Part shown: positions 29,361 to 40,625 of the stretch, one piece after another | How positions within the stretch are numbered: position 1 is the first letter of the stretch | Layout of the letters: each line of letters starts with the position of its first letter | Assembly (NCBI GenBank): GCA_964535715.1 | Contig: CAZHUO010000001.1 | Coordinates: forward strand, 31,696-95,695 | Length of the DNA: 64,000 nt | Direction of reading: 5' to 3' | From: an uncultured Gammaproteobacteria bacterium | GTDB lineage: Bacteria; Patescibacteriota; Patescibacteriia; Buchananbacterales; UBA6539 | Program-made: the position numbers and the translations under genes | The notes under the pieces: model-generated | Seen by the model: only the letters and a program-made list of their open reading frames with translations | Database searches by the model: none | Told to the model about the DNA's origin: nothing

Positions 29361-30617
29361 TTATTTTAGATTAATTTTATAAAGCTTGCCGTCGGTCTTG
29401 CTGGTGAAATAAAGGTAGCTGCTGTCCTTTGAAGCCATTACACTTTCAATATTATGATTGCCTTGAGGAATTGCAATTTTGGTTTTTGCCCCGGTTTTCA
29501 AATCAATTTTATAAAGGTCGCAGGCGGAGTTGTCCAATTCATTGGGAAATATTCCGGCTCCTCTGTCTAATTGTCTGGGCACAGCACAATAAATTGTGTC
29601 ATTATCGGCAAAGCCGCATTTGTCTACCCAAGTTTGCAGCTGGAGATTTATTCTGTTTTTTCCGATTGTGTCGCCGCTTGCCTGAACTATCCAAAGCGTC
29701 GGCTTATAATCGTTATTGCTTGAATATACGCTGTAAAGAAGCTTGTCGCCGCTGGTTGACCATTCTCCTTCAAAGCCTCTGCCCTCAACAACCGTTGATT
29801 TGAAATTTTCATTGTTTTGTCCCAAAAAATATAAATCTTCACGATCAAATGATTTTGATTTTCTAAACATCGCAATAATTTGGCCTTGCGGCGACCAATT
29901 AACGTCGACTTTTTCATCTTCATATCCCAAGTGCTCAATTTTTACGGCATTTGAGCCGTCAGAGCTGGAAACTGCAATCCAGCGGCTTTCTTCGGTTTCT
30001 CCCATGCTTTTAAAGATGACTCGGTCGTTATTAGGAGAAAAGCTGAATTCTTTCCAATGCTGAGGTAAAGTGATTTGCTCCTTTTTTACAAAATCATAAA
30101 CTATATTTGATCCGTCGGGATATTCCAAAACCGCTTTTTGCCTGTTTGGCGACCAGGTAATATTGTCGACGCTATAAAATATCTGGTCGCTGTAAGCTTT
30201 CTGCCTGCCATCTCCGCTTATTTGGTATATTAGTCCGGAATTTCTATCATAGTATAAAATAGTGTTGCCGTCGGAATTTAAAGTTGAATAATATGCCTGG
30301 CTGGAAGTTAGGGGACTGGTTTGAGTCAGACCGCCGGCGGCAACTTGAGAAACGGCTTGGCCGGCAGGGATTTCTTCGGGCGGTACGGCCAAATTTGCAT
30401 TTATTTGTCCGGGCAATGCACCGTTTAGATTGGCTGTCGGTATATTAGCATTGCCTCCGCTGGGCGGTAAGATTCCCGGCTCGCCGTTTACATTCACATT
30501 AGGGCCGACTGGCGGAATAGTCGGCTTTAAAAAAAATAAGTATAATAGATAGCCGATTGCTATTACTCCCAAAATAAAGGCGATTATTAATAAAATTTTT
30601 TTCCAGTCTAAATTCAT
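29361..30617 (-). CDS. Membrane-anchored beta-propeller (TolB-like) protein
   Basis: N-terminal TM, Pro/Asn linker, repeated WSP/FSP/WS.xG blades. Confidence 0.7.
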   Translation of the reverse strand: MNLDWKKILLIIAFILGVIAIGYLLYLFFLKPTIPPVGPNVNVNGEPGILPPSGGNANIPTANLNGALPGQINANLAVPPEEIPAGQAVSQVAAGGLTQTSPLTSSQAYYSTLNSDGNTILYYDRNSGLIYQISGDGRQKAYSDQIFYSVDNITWSPNRQKAVLEYPDGSNIVYDFVKKEQITLPQHWKEFSFSPNNDRVIFKSMGETEESRWIAVSSSDGSNAVKIEHLGYEDEKVDVNWSPQGQIIAMFRKSKSFDREDLYFLGQNNENFKSTVVEGRGFEGEWSTSGDKLLYSVYSSNNDYKPTLWIVQASGDTIGKNRINLQLQTWVDKCGFADNDTIYCAVPRQLDRGAGIFPNELDNSACDLYKIDLKTGAKTKIAIPQGNHNIESVMASKDSSYLYFTSKTDGKLYKINLK

Positions 30618-30633
30618 ATATTTGAATTATTTT

Positions 30634-31908
30634 TTAACCAAATAGTAAAAATCCCAATATTGAGATAACCGATTTTGATATTTCCATTGCCACAATTAAT
30701 ATTACAAAAATCGTAAGAATAATCAGCGCAAAAAATGATCCAATAAAAATGCAGCCTAAAATTTCAAATATTCCCAAGCAGCCTTCAAGATTTTTTTTCG
30801 GATCTGTCGTATCTTCGTTTTCATTATTTGGTCCCAAAGCGCCTAATGACGGAATCCATTCACTGCCGAATTTGGCAAAAAATTGCCCCCAGGGCGTAAA
30901 ATAACGGTTTAAAAAATGAAAAGGAATATAACAATAAAAGCAGCCCCAACTGGGTATTATATTAAGCCAAGCCATTTTTAAAGCGCCGCCCGTTGCTTTG
31001 CTAGTTGCCTGCTGAGCTTTATTTTTCAATTTTTGCACTCTTCCTTTCAGTCCTTTTTCTTCTTTATCCTTTTTTTTATCAGAAGACAATTCTCTTTTTG
31101 TTTCTTGTTCATTCGGCTGATTTTGAGCTTCATCATTTTCTTGCGGCTGCTTTTCTTTTTTGTTTTTATCATCAGTTGGATTTTTTAATGGAGTTTCTTG
31201 TCCGGTTTTGTAGTCTGATTTTTTTTCATTATCGTTTTCTTCTTGGCCACTTGGTTTGTTTTGATCAGCTTTTGGCGATTCTTTTTTTTCTTCCTCATCC
31301 ACTTTTTTTTGTTCTTCTGTCTTTTTTGATTCTTCATCTTTAGCAGTTTCACTTCCTTTTTTCTGATTATTATCCTCTGATTCTTTTTCTTCTGATTTTT
31401 TACTTTGGTTCTGATCGGGCTGGCTTTCAGGATTTTCCTGATTTTGCTGCGTCTGATTTTCCGGTTCATTTGCCCCTGAATCAGGCTGGCTTTGATCCTG
31501 ATTGGGCTGGCTTTCAGGATTTTCCTGATTTTGCTGCGTCTGATTTTCCGGTTCATTTGCCCCTGAATCAGGCTGGCTTTGATCCTGATTAGGCTGGCTT
31601 TCAGGATTTTTTTGATTTTGATTTTTTGATTGGTTTTCTTTTTGGTTGTTTTGGCTCTTAGGGCTTGCTTGGCCGGCATTTTTGCTATCCGGCGATCTTT
31701 TCGATTTTTCCGTTTTTTGTTTTTGATTTTGCGCTCCGACTTTTTTTAAAGCCTCTTGTTCGGCATTTATTTGCTCAATTATAGTTTTTCTTATCTCATC
31801 ATTTAAGGCTCTTTTCAGCTTCTGCTGTTCAGAAGGCGCCATATTGCCTATTTGAGCAATTGGCTTTGATATTTCTTCATCTGATATTTTAATGTCTGGC
31901 TCAGCCAT
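30634..31908 (-). CDS. Hypothetical protein with long disordered Q/N/E/K region and C-terminal TM segments
   Basis: 424-aa ORF between clpC and the propeller gene, same strand. Confidence 0.7.
   Translation of the reverse strand: MAEPDIKISDEEISKPIAQIGNMAPSEQQKLKRALNDEIRKTIIEQINAEQEALKKVGAQNQKQKTEKSKRSPDSKNAGQASPKSQNNQKENQSKNQNQKNPESQPNQDQSQPDSGANEPENQTQQNQENPESQPNQDQSQPDSGANEPENQTQQNQENPESQPDQNQSKKSEEKESEDNNQKKGSETAKDEESKKTEEQKKVDEEEKKESPKADQNKPSGQEENDNEKKSDYKTGQETPLKNPTDDKNKKEKQPQENDEAQNQPNEQETKRELSSDKKKDKEEKGLKGRVQKLKNKAQQATSKATGGALKMAWLNIIPSWGCFYCYIPFHFLNRYFTPWGQFFAKFGSEWIPSLGALGPNNENEDTTDPKKNLEGCLGIFEILGCIFIGSFFALIILTIFVILIVAMEISKSVISILGFLLFG
31417..31610. repeat. 87-bp coding tandem repeat (about 2.2 copies, 29 aa)
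   Basis: Units start at 31417, 31504, 31591; NPESQPNQDQSQPDSGANEPENQTQQNQE. Confidence 0.92.
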
Positions 31909-31923
31909 TTATTTTACTGTTAT

Positions 31924-34398
31924 TTATCTATTAATGCTTTCAATTTTTATTTTTTCCACTTTTCCTTTGCTTGAAAGAATTTGTTTGGCAATCATATTTT
32001 CCAAAAGATTTTGGATATTTTTTCTGATTGCCCTTGCTCCGCTTTCCGGAGAATAGCTGATGCTGGTTATTTCCTTTGCTATCTTTGGCATTAATTCTAT
32101 TGTAAATCCTTGATTTTCAAGCCGTTCTTTCAATTCATTCAGCTGCAGCTTAGCAATTTTTTCCAGGCTTTTTTTATCCAGCGGCTTGAAAACGATAGTC
32201 TTGTCCAATCTGTCTAAAAATTCTGGCGGAAATTTGTCTTTTAGCTGTTTTAAAACTTCTCGTTCGATTTGCTCCAGGTTTTTTTCCAGCGTAGTGTTTT
32301 CAATTTCTGCCTGAAAGCCTAAAGCCGCCTGCTGATTGAATTTGTTCGAACCTAAGTTTGAGGTCATTATGATTATTGTATTTTTAAAATCTATTTTTTT
32401 GCCAGAACCGTCGGTTAAATATCCGTCTTCCAATATTTGGAGCATTAAATTGAATATCTGCGGATGAGCTTTTTCTATTTCATCAAACAAGACAACGGAA
32501 TACGGCTTTCTTTTTACCTCGTCGGTCAGTTTTGTTCCGTCTTTGTAGCCGATATAGCCGGCCGGCGCTCCGATCAGCTTTGAGGCATTAAAGCTTTCGG
32601 CGAATTCGGACATATCAATTTTTATTAAAGCATGGGGGTCACTGAAAACAGTTTCAGCAAGGACTTTTGCCAGCTCAGTTTTGCCTACGCCGGAAGGCCC
32701 CAAAAACATAAAAGATCCAATCGGCCTGTTGGCATTTGTCACTCCGGCTCTTGATCGACGGATAAATTCCGCCAAGCTTTTTAAGGCGTTGTCTTGGCCG
32801 ATAATTTTTTTGCTTAGCATTTTTTCCAGATTAAGCAATTTTTTCTTTTCGCTTAAGATCAATTCGTTGGTTGGAATGCCGGTTATTTTTGAAACTATTA
32901 AGGCAATATCTTTTTCGGTAATTACGCTTGTTTTTTTGGGATGGGTTTTTTCCAGCGATTCTTTTAAAACATTTATCTGCTTTTTGATTTCCTGGCTTGC
33001 TTGTTTGAATCTGAGGGCGATATTAAATCTTTCCTGTTCAATTGCTTCTATCTTTTTTTGTTCTATTTCCGAAAGTTCATTTTCAAAATATTCAATTTCT
33101 TTAGTTTGAGGTAAAGCGGTTTTTTTAATTTTTATCGCTGAAGATGCCTCATCAATAAGATCAATGGCTTTATCGGGTAAAAATCGGTCGGTAATATATT
33201 TTTGTGAAAGCTGAGCCGCGGTGATTATCGCTTTGTCGTCTATTTTTACCTGATGAAAAATTTCATAATTATGCCTGATGCCTTTGAGTATTTCAATTGT
33301 TTTATTTAAATCAGGCTGGCTGATATTGATTGTCTGAAATCGCCGTTCTAATGCCGGATCGCTTTCAATATGTTTTTTGTAGTCCAAAGGCGTTGTTGCG
33401 CCAATGCAGCGGATTTCACCTCTGGCCAAAGCCGGCTTTAGGATATTTGCCGCATCCATTGAGCCATTGGCTGATCCGGCGCCGATGATATTGTGGATTT
33501 CATCAATAAAAAGAATGATATTGTCATTTTGCTTGACTTCATTAAGAATTTGCTTTATTCGATTTTCAAATTCACCCCTGAAGCTTGTGCCGGCGACAAC
33601 AAGGCTTAGATCAAGCGAGTAGATTGATTTTTTTAGAAGAATTTCAGGTACTTCTTTTTCATTGATTTTTTTTGCGAGCCCTTCGACGATTGCTGTTTTT
33701 CCGACTCCCGGATCGCCCAAAAGCAGGGGATTATTTTTATTCCGGCGGGAAAGGATTTGAATAAGTCGATTGATTTCTTCTTCTCTTCCGATAACCGGAT
33801 CAATATTTATTTGAATTTTTTTGTCTGTTAAATTTGTGGCAAAAAGATCCAGGGCTGAACGCAAAGCGGTGTTTTGCTGGTTGATTTCTCCGAGGTAGCC
33901 TTCGCCATGGCTTTGATTTTCGAAGTAGTTCAGGCTGCCGGTTAAATCGGGAAATTTTGAAGTGCTGTTTATTACCATATCGGTTTGCTTTTTAATTTCC
34001 ATCGCATTTATATTTTTCTGCCTGAAAAAATCAATAATTGATTCATCTTTTGACACAATTAATGATGCCAGCAGATGTTCTGTTCCGATATAGCGATGCT
34101 TATTAAGGCCGGAAATTAAAAACGCCCTTTCCAATATTTTTTTAGTATTTTGGTCAAGGCCGATTTGATCCAATGTTTTTTTTCTTTTGAGGGCATTTTG
34201 CAGATCATCTTTTATTTCTTGGCCTTTGATTTTTGCCTTATCTAAAATTTGGAAGGCAATGCTTCCTTTCTGCTCGGAAAGGCCATAAAGGACATGTTTT
34301 GGGGTAATGCTTTTATGGCCGGAATTTAACGCCAAATTAAAAGCACTTTTTAAGGCATCTTTTGAGTGATTGCTGAATTTTTCAAAAATTGAAATCAT
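31924..34398 (-). CDS. clpC: ATP-dependent Clp protease ATP-binding subunit (ClpC-like)
   Basis: Double Clp-N repeat, [11 protein letters not shown]-like middle domain, [17 protein letters not shown]. Confidence 0.92.
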   Translation of the reverse strand: MISIFEKFSNHSKDALKSAFNLALNSGHKSITPKHVLYGLSEQKGSIAFQILDKAKIKGQEIKDDLQNALKRKKTLDQIGLDQNTKKILERAFLISGLNKHRYIGTEHLLASLIVSKDESIIDFFRQKNINAMEIKKQTDMVINSTSKFPDLTGSLNYFENQSHGEGYLGEINQQNTALRSALDLFATNLTDKKIQINIDPVIGREEEINRLIQILSRRNKNNPLLLGDPGVGKTAIVEGLAKKINEKEVPEILLKKSIYSLDLSLVVAGTSFRGEFENRIKQILNEVKQNDNIILFIDEIHNIIGAGSANGSMDAANILKPALARGEIRCIGATTPLDYKKHIESDPALERRFQTINISQPDLNKTIEILKGIRHNYEIFHQVKIDDKAIITAAQLSQKYITDRFLPDKAIDLIDEASSAIKIKKTALPQTKEIEYFENELSEIEQKKIEAIEQERFNIALRFKQASQEIKKQINVLKESLEKTHPKKTSVITEKDIALIVSKITGIPTNELILSEKKKLLNLEKMLSKKIIGQDNALKSLAEFIRRSRAGVTNANRPIGSFMFLGPSGVGKTELAKVLAETVFSDPHALIKIDMSEFAESFNASKLIGAPAGYIGYKDGTKLTDEVKRKPYSVVLFDEIEKAHPQIFNLMLQILEDGYLTDGSGKKIDFKNTIIIMTSNLGSNKFNQQAALGFQAEIENTTLEKNLEQIEREVLKQLKDKFPPEFLDRLDKTIVFKPLDKKSLEKIAKLQLNELKERLENQGFTIELMPKIAKEITSISYSPESGARAIRKNIQNLLENMIAKQILSSKGKVEKIKIESINR

Positions 34399-34500
34399 GT
34401 TTTATTAAATTACAATTCCAAAATCTCAAATCCCAAACCTCTTAGAAACATAATTTAGGATTTATTCATTAAAACTTGCAATTCGTTATTTGGTGCTTAG

Positions 34501-35394
34501 TTAGATCATCTTGCGCAAAGTGGCAATTCTTTCCTGAATTGGCGGGTGGGTCGAAAAAAGCTTTGCCAGCAAATGCTTATTTTTTCCAAAAGGGCTTGAA
34601 ATATAAAGATGGGCAGTGGCATTATTTGCTCTTTTTATGGAAATATTTTCGGCTTCAATTTTTTCAAGCGCTCTGGCTAAACCTTCCGGATAACGCGTTA
34701 AAAGAGACCCCGAAGCATCAGCTAAAAATTCTCTTTTTCTGGAAATTGCCAGCTGGATTAATTTTCCAATAAGCGGGGAAAGGATTAAAAGAATAATCCC
34801 GACAATTAAAAGAATTGCGCCAATCTGGCCGCCGGATTTGCTATCCTTTTTATTCCCGCCAAAAAAACTGATTCTTACAAACCAGTCTGAAAGCAGAGCG
34901 ACTAATCCAACCATTACTATTACTATGGTCATTACCAGTATGTCGTAATTTTTTATATGAGAAAGCTCATGAGCAATTACTCCTTCCAGCTCTTCGTTTT
35001 GGAGTTTTTCAATCGCTCCGCTGGTGACGGCTATTGAAGCATGTTTTGGGTTTCTGCCGCAGGCGAAAGCGTTTATTGACGGATCAGAAATAATATAGAC
35101 TTTTGGCATTGGCGTTCCGGCCGTAATTGCAAGATTTTCAACCATTCGGTATAAATATGAATTATCTTGATCCTTGATCGGGCCTTTGGCGCCGGCACTC
35201 ATTAATGCGACCTTGTCGCCTTCAAAGTAGCTTATTAGGGATATTACTATTGAAAAAATGGACGCGACAAACAATCCGTTATAGCCGGTGTTAGTTGATT
35301 GCGAAAAAGCCCAGCCGGCCAAAAGGATTATTATAATGAATGATGCGATTAAAATTACGGTTTTTCTTTTATTGCTGTCAATTTGGTTGTACAT
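34501..35394 (-). CDS. htpX: HtpX family M48 zinc metalloprotease
   Basis: NAFACG, HELSH, SRKREFLAD, STHPP. Confidence 0.95.
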   Translation of the reverse strand: MYNQIDSNKRKTVILIASFIIIILLAGWAFSQSTNTGYNGLFVASIFSIVISLISYFEGDKVALMSAGAKGPIKDQDNSYLYRMVENLAITAGTPMPKVYIISDPSINAFACGRNPKHASIAVTSGAIEKLQNEELEGVIAHELSHIKNYDILVMTIVIVMVGLVALLSDWFVRISFFGGNKKDSKSGGQIGAILLIVGIILLILSPLIGKLIQLAISRKREFLADASGSLLTRYPEGLARALEKIEAENISIKRANNATAHLYISSPFGKNKHLLAKLFSTHPPIQERIATLRKMI

Positions 35395-35711
35395 ATTTAA
35401 GCAAGATAAGTTTTAAGCAAGATAAGTGAGATAAGTGGTATTAGAAAAATCTTAATATTTAGTTAGATTGTAAACAAATTCCGGAATATAAGCACCAAAT
35501 TACAAATCCCAAACAAATGACAAAACACAAAACTCAAATTTCAAACGCTAAGTTTAGACGTTTGGAAATTGATATTTGAAATTTGTTTGGATCTTGAGAT
35601 TTGGAATTTGTAATTTATTTAGGATTTTCAGCCATAGGCGCTTGCCCGCCAATGGTAGGGATCAGCCTTTAGCCGAAGAAATTAATAGGTTTATTTTGCT
35701 TGTTTAGTCGG

Positions 35712-36269
35712 CTAAAACTTTACTTGGACATTTGCCTTTTCAGCTTCTTCGGTTTGGAAGAATTCGAAATTTTTGAAGCCAAGCATTCCGGCCATTAGAT
35801 TATTTGGGAAAGTTTCAGTTTTAGTGTTGAAATCCCTGACATTGCCGTTATAAAATCTTCTAGCAGCCTGTATTTTGTTTTCAGTGTCAGAAAGTTCATC
35901 TTGCAGCTTTAGAAAGTTTTGCGACGCTTTAAGGTCAGGATAGTTTTCGGCTACAGCGAATACCGACTTTAAAGCTTCAGAAAGCATATTTTCTGTCTGG
36001 CCTTTTTCTGCCGTACCTTTGGCATTAATTGCATCAGCTCTGGCTTTTGTCACTTTTTCAAAAAGCTCTTTTTCGTGAGTCGCATAGCCCTTTACGGTTT
36101 CAATCAGATTTGGGATTAAGTCATGGCGTCTTTTTAGCTGGACGTCGATGTCAGAAAATGCCTCTTGGGTTCTATTTTTTAGCCTAATTAGGCTATTAAA
36201 TAATAAAATTAGCCAGCCAACAAGCGCGATGGCAATGACTAACACCACTAAACCGATAGTTCCTTCCAT
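35712..36269 (-). CDS. lemA: LemA family protein
   Basis: DIDVQLKRRHDLIPNL, ENYPDLKA, ARRFYN; AAGGAG SD. Confidence 0.96.
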   Translation of the reverse strand: MEGTIGLVVLVIAIALVGWLILLFNSLIRLKNRTQEAFSDIDVQLKRRHDLIPNLIETVKGYATHEKELFEKVTKARADAINAKGTAEKGQTENMLSEALKSVFAVAENYPDLKASQNFLKLQDELSDTENKIQAARRFYNGNVRDFNTKTETFPNNLMAGMLGFKNFEFFQTEEAEKANVQVKF

Positions 36270-36363
36270 AATTTTTTCTCCTTAATTTAGCCGGGCTTTT
36301 GTTTATTGCCCGAAATTAATTTTTATGGTAAAATATATTTAAGAAGTTGCTTTTAACGTTATT

Positions 36364-36392
36364 ATTATATAATTAAAAAGAGGTTTAGTCAA
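36364..36392 (-). promoter_or_regulatory. Putative sigma70 promoter of lemA-htpX
   Basis: TTGACT-17 bp-TATAAT on the minus strand. Confidence 0.7.
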
Positions 36393-36459
36393 AGAGTTAT
36401 TTAAAGTTATAAATTTTTTTTAACAAAAGTAACATAATTTATATTTGGAAATTAAAATT

Positions 36460-38733
36460 ATGAAAAAGTATTCTAAATCAACCAATTTATTTACTTTTTT
36501 GCCGATTTTAGCGGTGGCAGTTTTTGCCACTTTTTTTGTTGGCGGTATTTGCGTTTTTGCCCAAACCTGGGTTGGTCCGACAGCTGATCCGCCGGGAAAT
36601 AACGTTTCCGGCTTAATTCAAAATAGAAATCCGATTGATAATAATCCCCAAGCGGCCTCAATTGATATTTCCGGCCAGTTAAGGGTTGGAAATAAAGCGG
36701 AAGTTGATAATTTAGTAATGACAAATTCCGGCTGGATTACGGTTGTCGGCGGTTCGATTTGCCTTGGTTCGACTAATCCGGAGGATTGCATAAGTGTCTG
36801 GCCGGGTAGCGGAAATGAGAGCATATGGGTTTTGAAAGATAATAATGACATTTATTATAATGCTGGCAATGTAGGTATTGGCACTAGTAATCCTAGTGCG
36901 GATATTAGGTTGATAGTTGGAGATGGCACTCCCATCGGCAATATTATCGGTATTAGCGGTGCCAGCAGCGAATATATAGGCACCCGCCTGGATGTTTTGG
37001 GTGCGGAAAAATGGTTTTCCGGAATAAATAATCAGGAAGATTATGTAATTAGAAAAGACAGCTCTTCTAATCCTTTTTTAATTGATTATGATACCAGCAA
37101 TGTCGGGATTGGTACAGGTGTGCCTGATAATAAATTAACAGTGAACGGCGACATTAATATTATTAACGGCAATAAATACAGAATTAACAATGAAATTATG
37201 GTTCAAGCTGATACTTCTAAGAAAAACTATTTTTTTGCCAATGCCGGAAATTTAACAATGACAGGTGATTTTAATAGTGTCTTGGGTAGAAATTCTTTGA
37301 AAAATAATGTTGAAGGTTCAGGAAATGTTGCTTTTGGCGAGCAAGCCCTAACTAATACAATTTCCGGTAATTATAATACGGCATTGGGATTTAAATCACT
37401 CTTTAATCATTTGTCCAGTTTTACCAATACGGCCATAGGAAGTTTGTCGGGAGGGAATCTAATTAATGGCAATGGAAACACTTTTTTAGGAACTTATTCA
37501 GGCGGCAATATAGAAGAAGGCAATTATAATACTTTTGTCGGTTATGGTTCCGGCGGCTACCTTTCAAATATACTGAAAGTTGGTTCAAATAATATTTTAA
37601 TTGGCTATAATGCCGGCGCAATAGAAAATATATCTAATTTTTTAAATATTGGAAATACGATATATGGCGATTTATCTGCCAAAAGTGTTGGCATTGGAGT
37701 AGTCAGCCCTTCGCAGAAGCTTGATGTTGGCGGCAGCTTGAAAGTTGCCGAAGATGTTTATTTAGAAAATGATAAAGCTGTGAGAGTTGACGGTTCAGGC
37801 TTAACAAATCTATATATTGGAAATTGGGGAGTGGGAGCATCAGGCGTTAATTTAAATATAAATAACGGCGGCATATTAGCAGCCGGCAGTAACAGCTGGG
37901 ACGGCGGAACTTTAGGAGCGGGTAAAAGAATGATGTGGATACCGGCAAAATCAGCTTTTAGAGCCGGTATGGTCGAAGGTGATGAGTGGAATTCTGTAAA
38001 TATTGGAAATTATAGTTTTGCCGTCGGTTTTAATACAAAAGCATCGGGTGGAAGTTCAGTAGCAATGGGTTCCAAAACAACCGCTTCAGGTCAATCTTCA
38101 TTAGCTTTAGGTACTGATACTATGGCTTCAGGACATTGGTCAATGGCAACTGGTTGGGGAACTCAGGCATTGGGAATCATGTCAACGGCGATGGGTGAAG
38201 GATCAATTGCCTTGGGAGATTTTTCGACGGCAATTGGATTGCATTCAAGAGCGGGAAGATATTCAGTGGCAATAGGAAAAGATACAATAGCTTCAGGCCA
38301 AGGTTCGGTTGCATTTGGTAATACCTCAGAAGCATCAGGCAATTATTCAGTAGCAATTGGTTCTTTAACTACCGCTTCAGGTCAATCTTCATTTGCTTTA
38401 GGTTCGAGTATAGTAGCATCGGGTGGAAGTTCAGTAGCAATGGGGCAAAGAATTAGCGTTTCCGGAAATAATAGTTTTGGAATAGGGCTTGATTATTATT
38501 CAAGGGAATTAACTCAGCCAAATACCATGGCAGTAATGGGCGGAAAAGTCGGAATTGGGATACTTAATCCTGTTGAAGTATTGGAAGTTAACGGAAACAT
38601 TAAGGCAAGCGGGGGCTATTTAGCTGGTAGCCAGCAAGGTTTAACCAAGAATATTACAGTCAAAGGTTCTGACGGGAATAATTGCAGCATTAATGTGGTT
38701 GGCGGAATAATTGTATCCACCACCTGTCCTTAA
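36460..38733 (+). CDS. Secreted fibre/adhesin-like protein with VGIG and YadA-head (Hep/Hag)-like repeats
   Basis: Signal/[17 protein letters not shown] repeats, N(T/V)AxG repeats, 14-aa ASGxxSxAxG repeats; ATG at 36460. Confidence 0.75.
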   Translation: MKKYSKSTNLFTFLPILAVAVFATFFVGGICVFAQTWVGPTADPPGNNVSGLIQNRNPIDNNPQAASIDISGQLRVGNKAEVDNLVMTNSGWITVVGGSICLGSTNPEDCISVWPGSGNESIWVLKDNNDIYYNAGNVGIGTSNPSADIRLIVGDGTPIGNIIGISGASSEYIGTRLDVLGAEKWFSGINNQEDYVIRKDSSSNPFLIDYDTSNVGIGTGVPDNKLTVNGDINIINGNKYRINNEIMVQADTSKKNYFFANAGNLTMTGDFNSVLGRNSLKNNVEGSGNVAFGEQALTNTISGNYNTALGFKSLFNHLSSFTNTAIGSLSGGNLINGNGNTFLGTYSGGNIEEGNYNTFVGYGSGGYLSNILKVGSNNILIGYNAGAIENISNFLNIGNTIYGDLSAKSVGIGVVSPSQKLDVGGSLKVAEDVYLENDKAVRVDGSGLTNLYIGNWGVGASGVNLNINNGGILAAGSNSWDGGTLGAGKRMMWIPAKSAFRAGMVEGDEWNSVNIGNYSFAVGFNTKASGGSSVAMGSKTTASGQSSLALGTDTMASGHWSMATGWGTQALGIMSTAMGEGSIALGDFSTAIGLHSRAGRYSVAIGKDTIASGQGSVAFGNTSEASGNYSVAIGSLTTASGQSSFALGSSIVASGGSSVAMGQRISVSGNNSFGIGLDYYSRELTQPNTMAVMGGKVGIGILNPVEVLEVNGNIKASGGYLAGSQQGLTKNITVKGSDGNNCSINVVGGIIVSTTCP

Positions 38734-38792
38734 TTAATACTTATTGGAAAATCGGATAATGTGACTTTTAATGAAATTTATTTAAGTATTTA

Positions 38793-40610
38793 ATGGCTAA
38801 AAAACTATTAACAATATTTATTGGCGACGTAAGGCGAGGGAAACAAAAAATATTAAATTTTTTGTTTTCGAGCCGAGGAGCCATCAAAGGGTCAATACCC
38901 GAAAGCGCTCCGTCGCCAAAGCTGCACTTTTTCCAGCTTTGGAGCGTCGGCGACTTGCTGCGGAAGAAGTGGGCGGAGCGCGTCGTCGCCAAAGCGGCTT
39001 TGACGCGTCGGCGACTTGCTCCGCGGTTAATACCCTTTATTCTATCGATAGTTTTAATTGTAAGTTCTTTGATTTTATTAAAAACTAACGCCCAGGAATT
39101 GCCGGCCGCCATGCTTTGCGGAGACGGAATTGTCCAGTCGCCAAACAGCGAAGGTTTTTATGAAAAATGCGATGAAGTCGGAGAAACCAAAAGCTGCACC
39201 AGCCAGTGCGGCCAAAAACTGCTTGGCTGGGCCTGGTCGGACAATATCGGCTGGATTTCTTTAAGTAATGAAAATTGTGATTTTTTGGCTGAAGGGACTT
39301 GCCAAAATCAGAATTATAATTATTATGTCCAGGCTAAAGCCGCTGAAATGGCCGATGGCGAGGTTAAAGGGGAAATTATAGGCTGGGGCTGGTCGGACAA
39401 TATCGGCTGGGTTTGCTTTGGCCAAACTTGCCAAGGTTATTCCGACCTTACTCCGCCTGATGGCTGGCAGACTTATGCAAAGCAGGCAGGCACTAATGAT
39501 CCGTTGGTTTTCGGCTGGGCTTGGAATGAATCAATCGGCTTAATTTCTTTAAATTGCGGCCTTAATTCAATTCCATGCGAGACTTCTGACTATCAGTTAA
39601 AACTTATTAAAAGTGATTTTGGATCTGTCCAACGCCTTACATTGTTAGGCTGGGCCTGGTCTGATATTTCCGGCTGGACTTCTTTTACTCCTGAAATCAG
39701 CGATACTCTGCCTTGGCTTCAGACAAAATATGGCGATATTTATGCCAGAAAGGGAATTTTGGGAAATGAGCCGCCTGATTATGGCTATAATGCCACTTAT
39801 CAGATAATTTCCGGAGACATTATCACTAATTTCCGCTCGGCAAGAGGTGAAGACTGGATTAAACAGGGATTTCAGGAAATCGGTTTTCCCAGGCCTAGCA
39901 CCCGCTATTCCAACGTTTTAGGGAAGATAAATATTTCGGATTTACTCTGTGATCTTTCAGTCCAAAATACCTGCATAAACAAGTTTGGAAAAATTGTTGA
40001 AAAGATTATTGATGAAAACAATTCAGGCAATATTGATCTTTCGGGCAAAATATATTACCGGGACGGTAATTTAGTCATCGACAATCCTATAAATTTTATG
40101 AATGCAGTCGGTTTTGATGACGGAAGCGGGACGATTATCGTTAATGGTGATTTGGTTATAAATAGTGACGTCAAATATGATAACTCCACTAGTCCGATAA
40201 TATTTAAAAATTTAGCTTCCGCCGCCTTTATTGTCCTGGGAGATTTGAAAATCAGCCCAAATGTCTCGAATTTGGCCGGAAATTTCATTATTATCGGCAA
40301 CGGAAATGATTGCAATCCAAATCAGGAAAGTGAAGTGACCGGCTGCGGCCAAATATATACTTGCTGCGTTTTAAGCGGCGAAAGCTGCGCTTTTGACGAA
40401 AGAGTCTGCCAACAGAATCCTTTAATAGTTTCCGGCTTGATGATGGCTAAAAAGTTTTATTTAAAACGTATATTCATCACCGACTCGCAAGATGTTCAGG
40501 GTTCGGAAATCATTATTTACGATGGGAGGCTTTTGGCCAATACGCCTCCGGGGTTGGGCGACTTTGCCAAATCAATGCCGATTTGGCATTTGGATTTTTT
40601 GTCTCAATAA
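38793..40610 (+). CDS. Secreted protein with GWAWSxxIGWI repeats and a C-terminal beta-solenoid-like region; signal peptide interrupted in frame
   Basis: Four GW(A/G)W repeats, GDLxI repeats, IIYDGRL..PPG end. Confidence 0.75.
   Translation: MAKKLLTIFIGDVRRGKQKILNFLFSSRGAIKGSIPESAPSPKLHFFQLWSVGDLLRKKWAERVVAKAALTRRRLAPRLIPFILSIVLIVSSLILLKTNAQELPAAMLCGDGIVQSPNSEGFYEKCDEVGETKSCTSQCGQKLLGWAWSDNIGWISLSNENCDFLAEGTCQNQNYNYYVQAKAAEMADGEVKGEIIGWGWSDNIGWVCFGQTCQGYSDLTPPDGWQTYAKQAGTNDPLVFGWAWNESIGLISLNCGLNSIPCETSDYQLKLIKSDFGSVQRLTLLGWAWSDISGWTSFTPEISDTLPWLQTKYGDIYARKGILGNEPPDYGYNATYQIISGDIITNFRSARGEDWIKQGFQEIGFPRPSTRYSNVLGKINISDLLCDLSVQNTCINKFGKIVEKIIDENNSGNIDLSGKIYYRDGNLVIDNPINFMNAVGFDDGSGTIIVNGDLVINSDVKYDNSTSPIIFKNLASAAFIVLGDLKISPNVSNLAGNFIIIGNGNDCNPNQESEVTGCGQIYTCCVLSGESCAFDERVCQQNPLIVSGLMMAKKFYLKRIFITDSQDVQGSEIIIYDGRLLANTPPGLGDFAKSMPIWHLDFLSQ
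38823..39035 (+). mobile_element. TTTATT-flanked element, copy 3 (213 bp; in frame, +73 codons with the duplication)
   Basis: TTTATT at 38817-38822 and 39036-39041; near-identical to copy 2. Confidence 0.92.
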
Positions 40611-40625
40611 TGTTAAAATTAAGTT

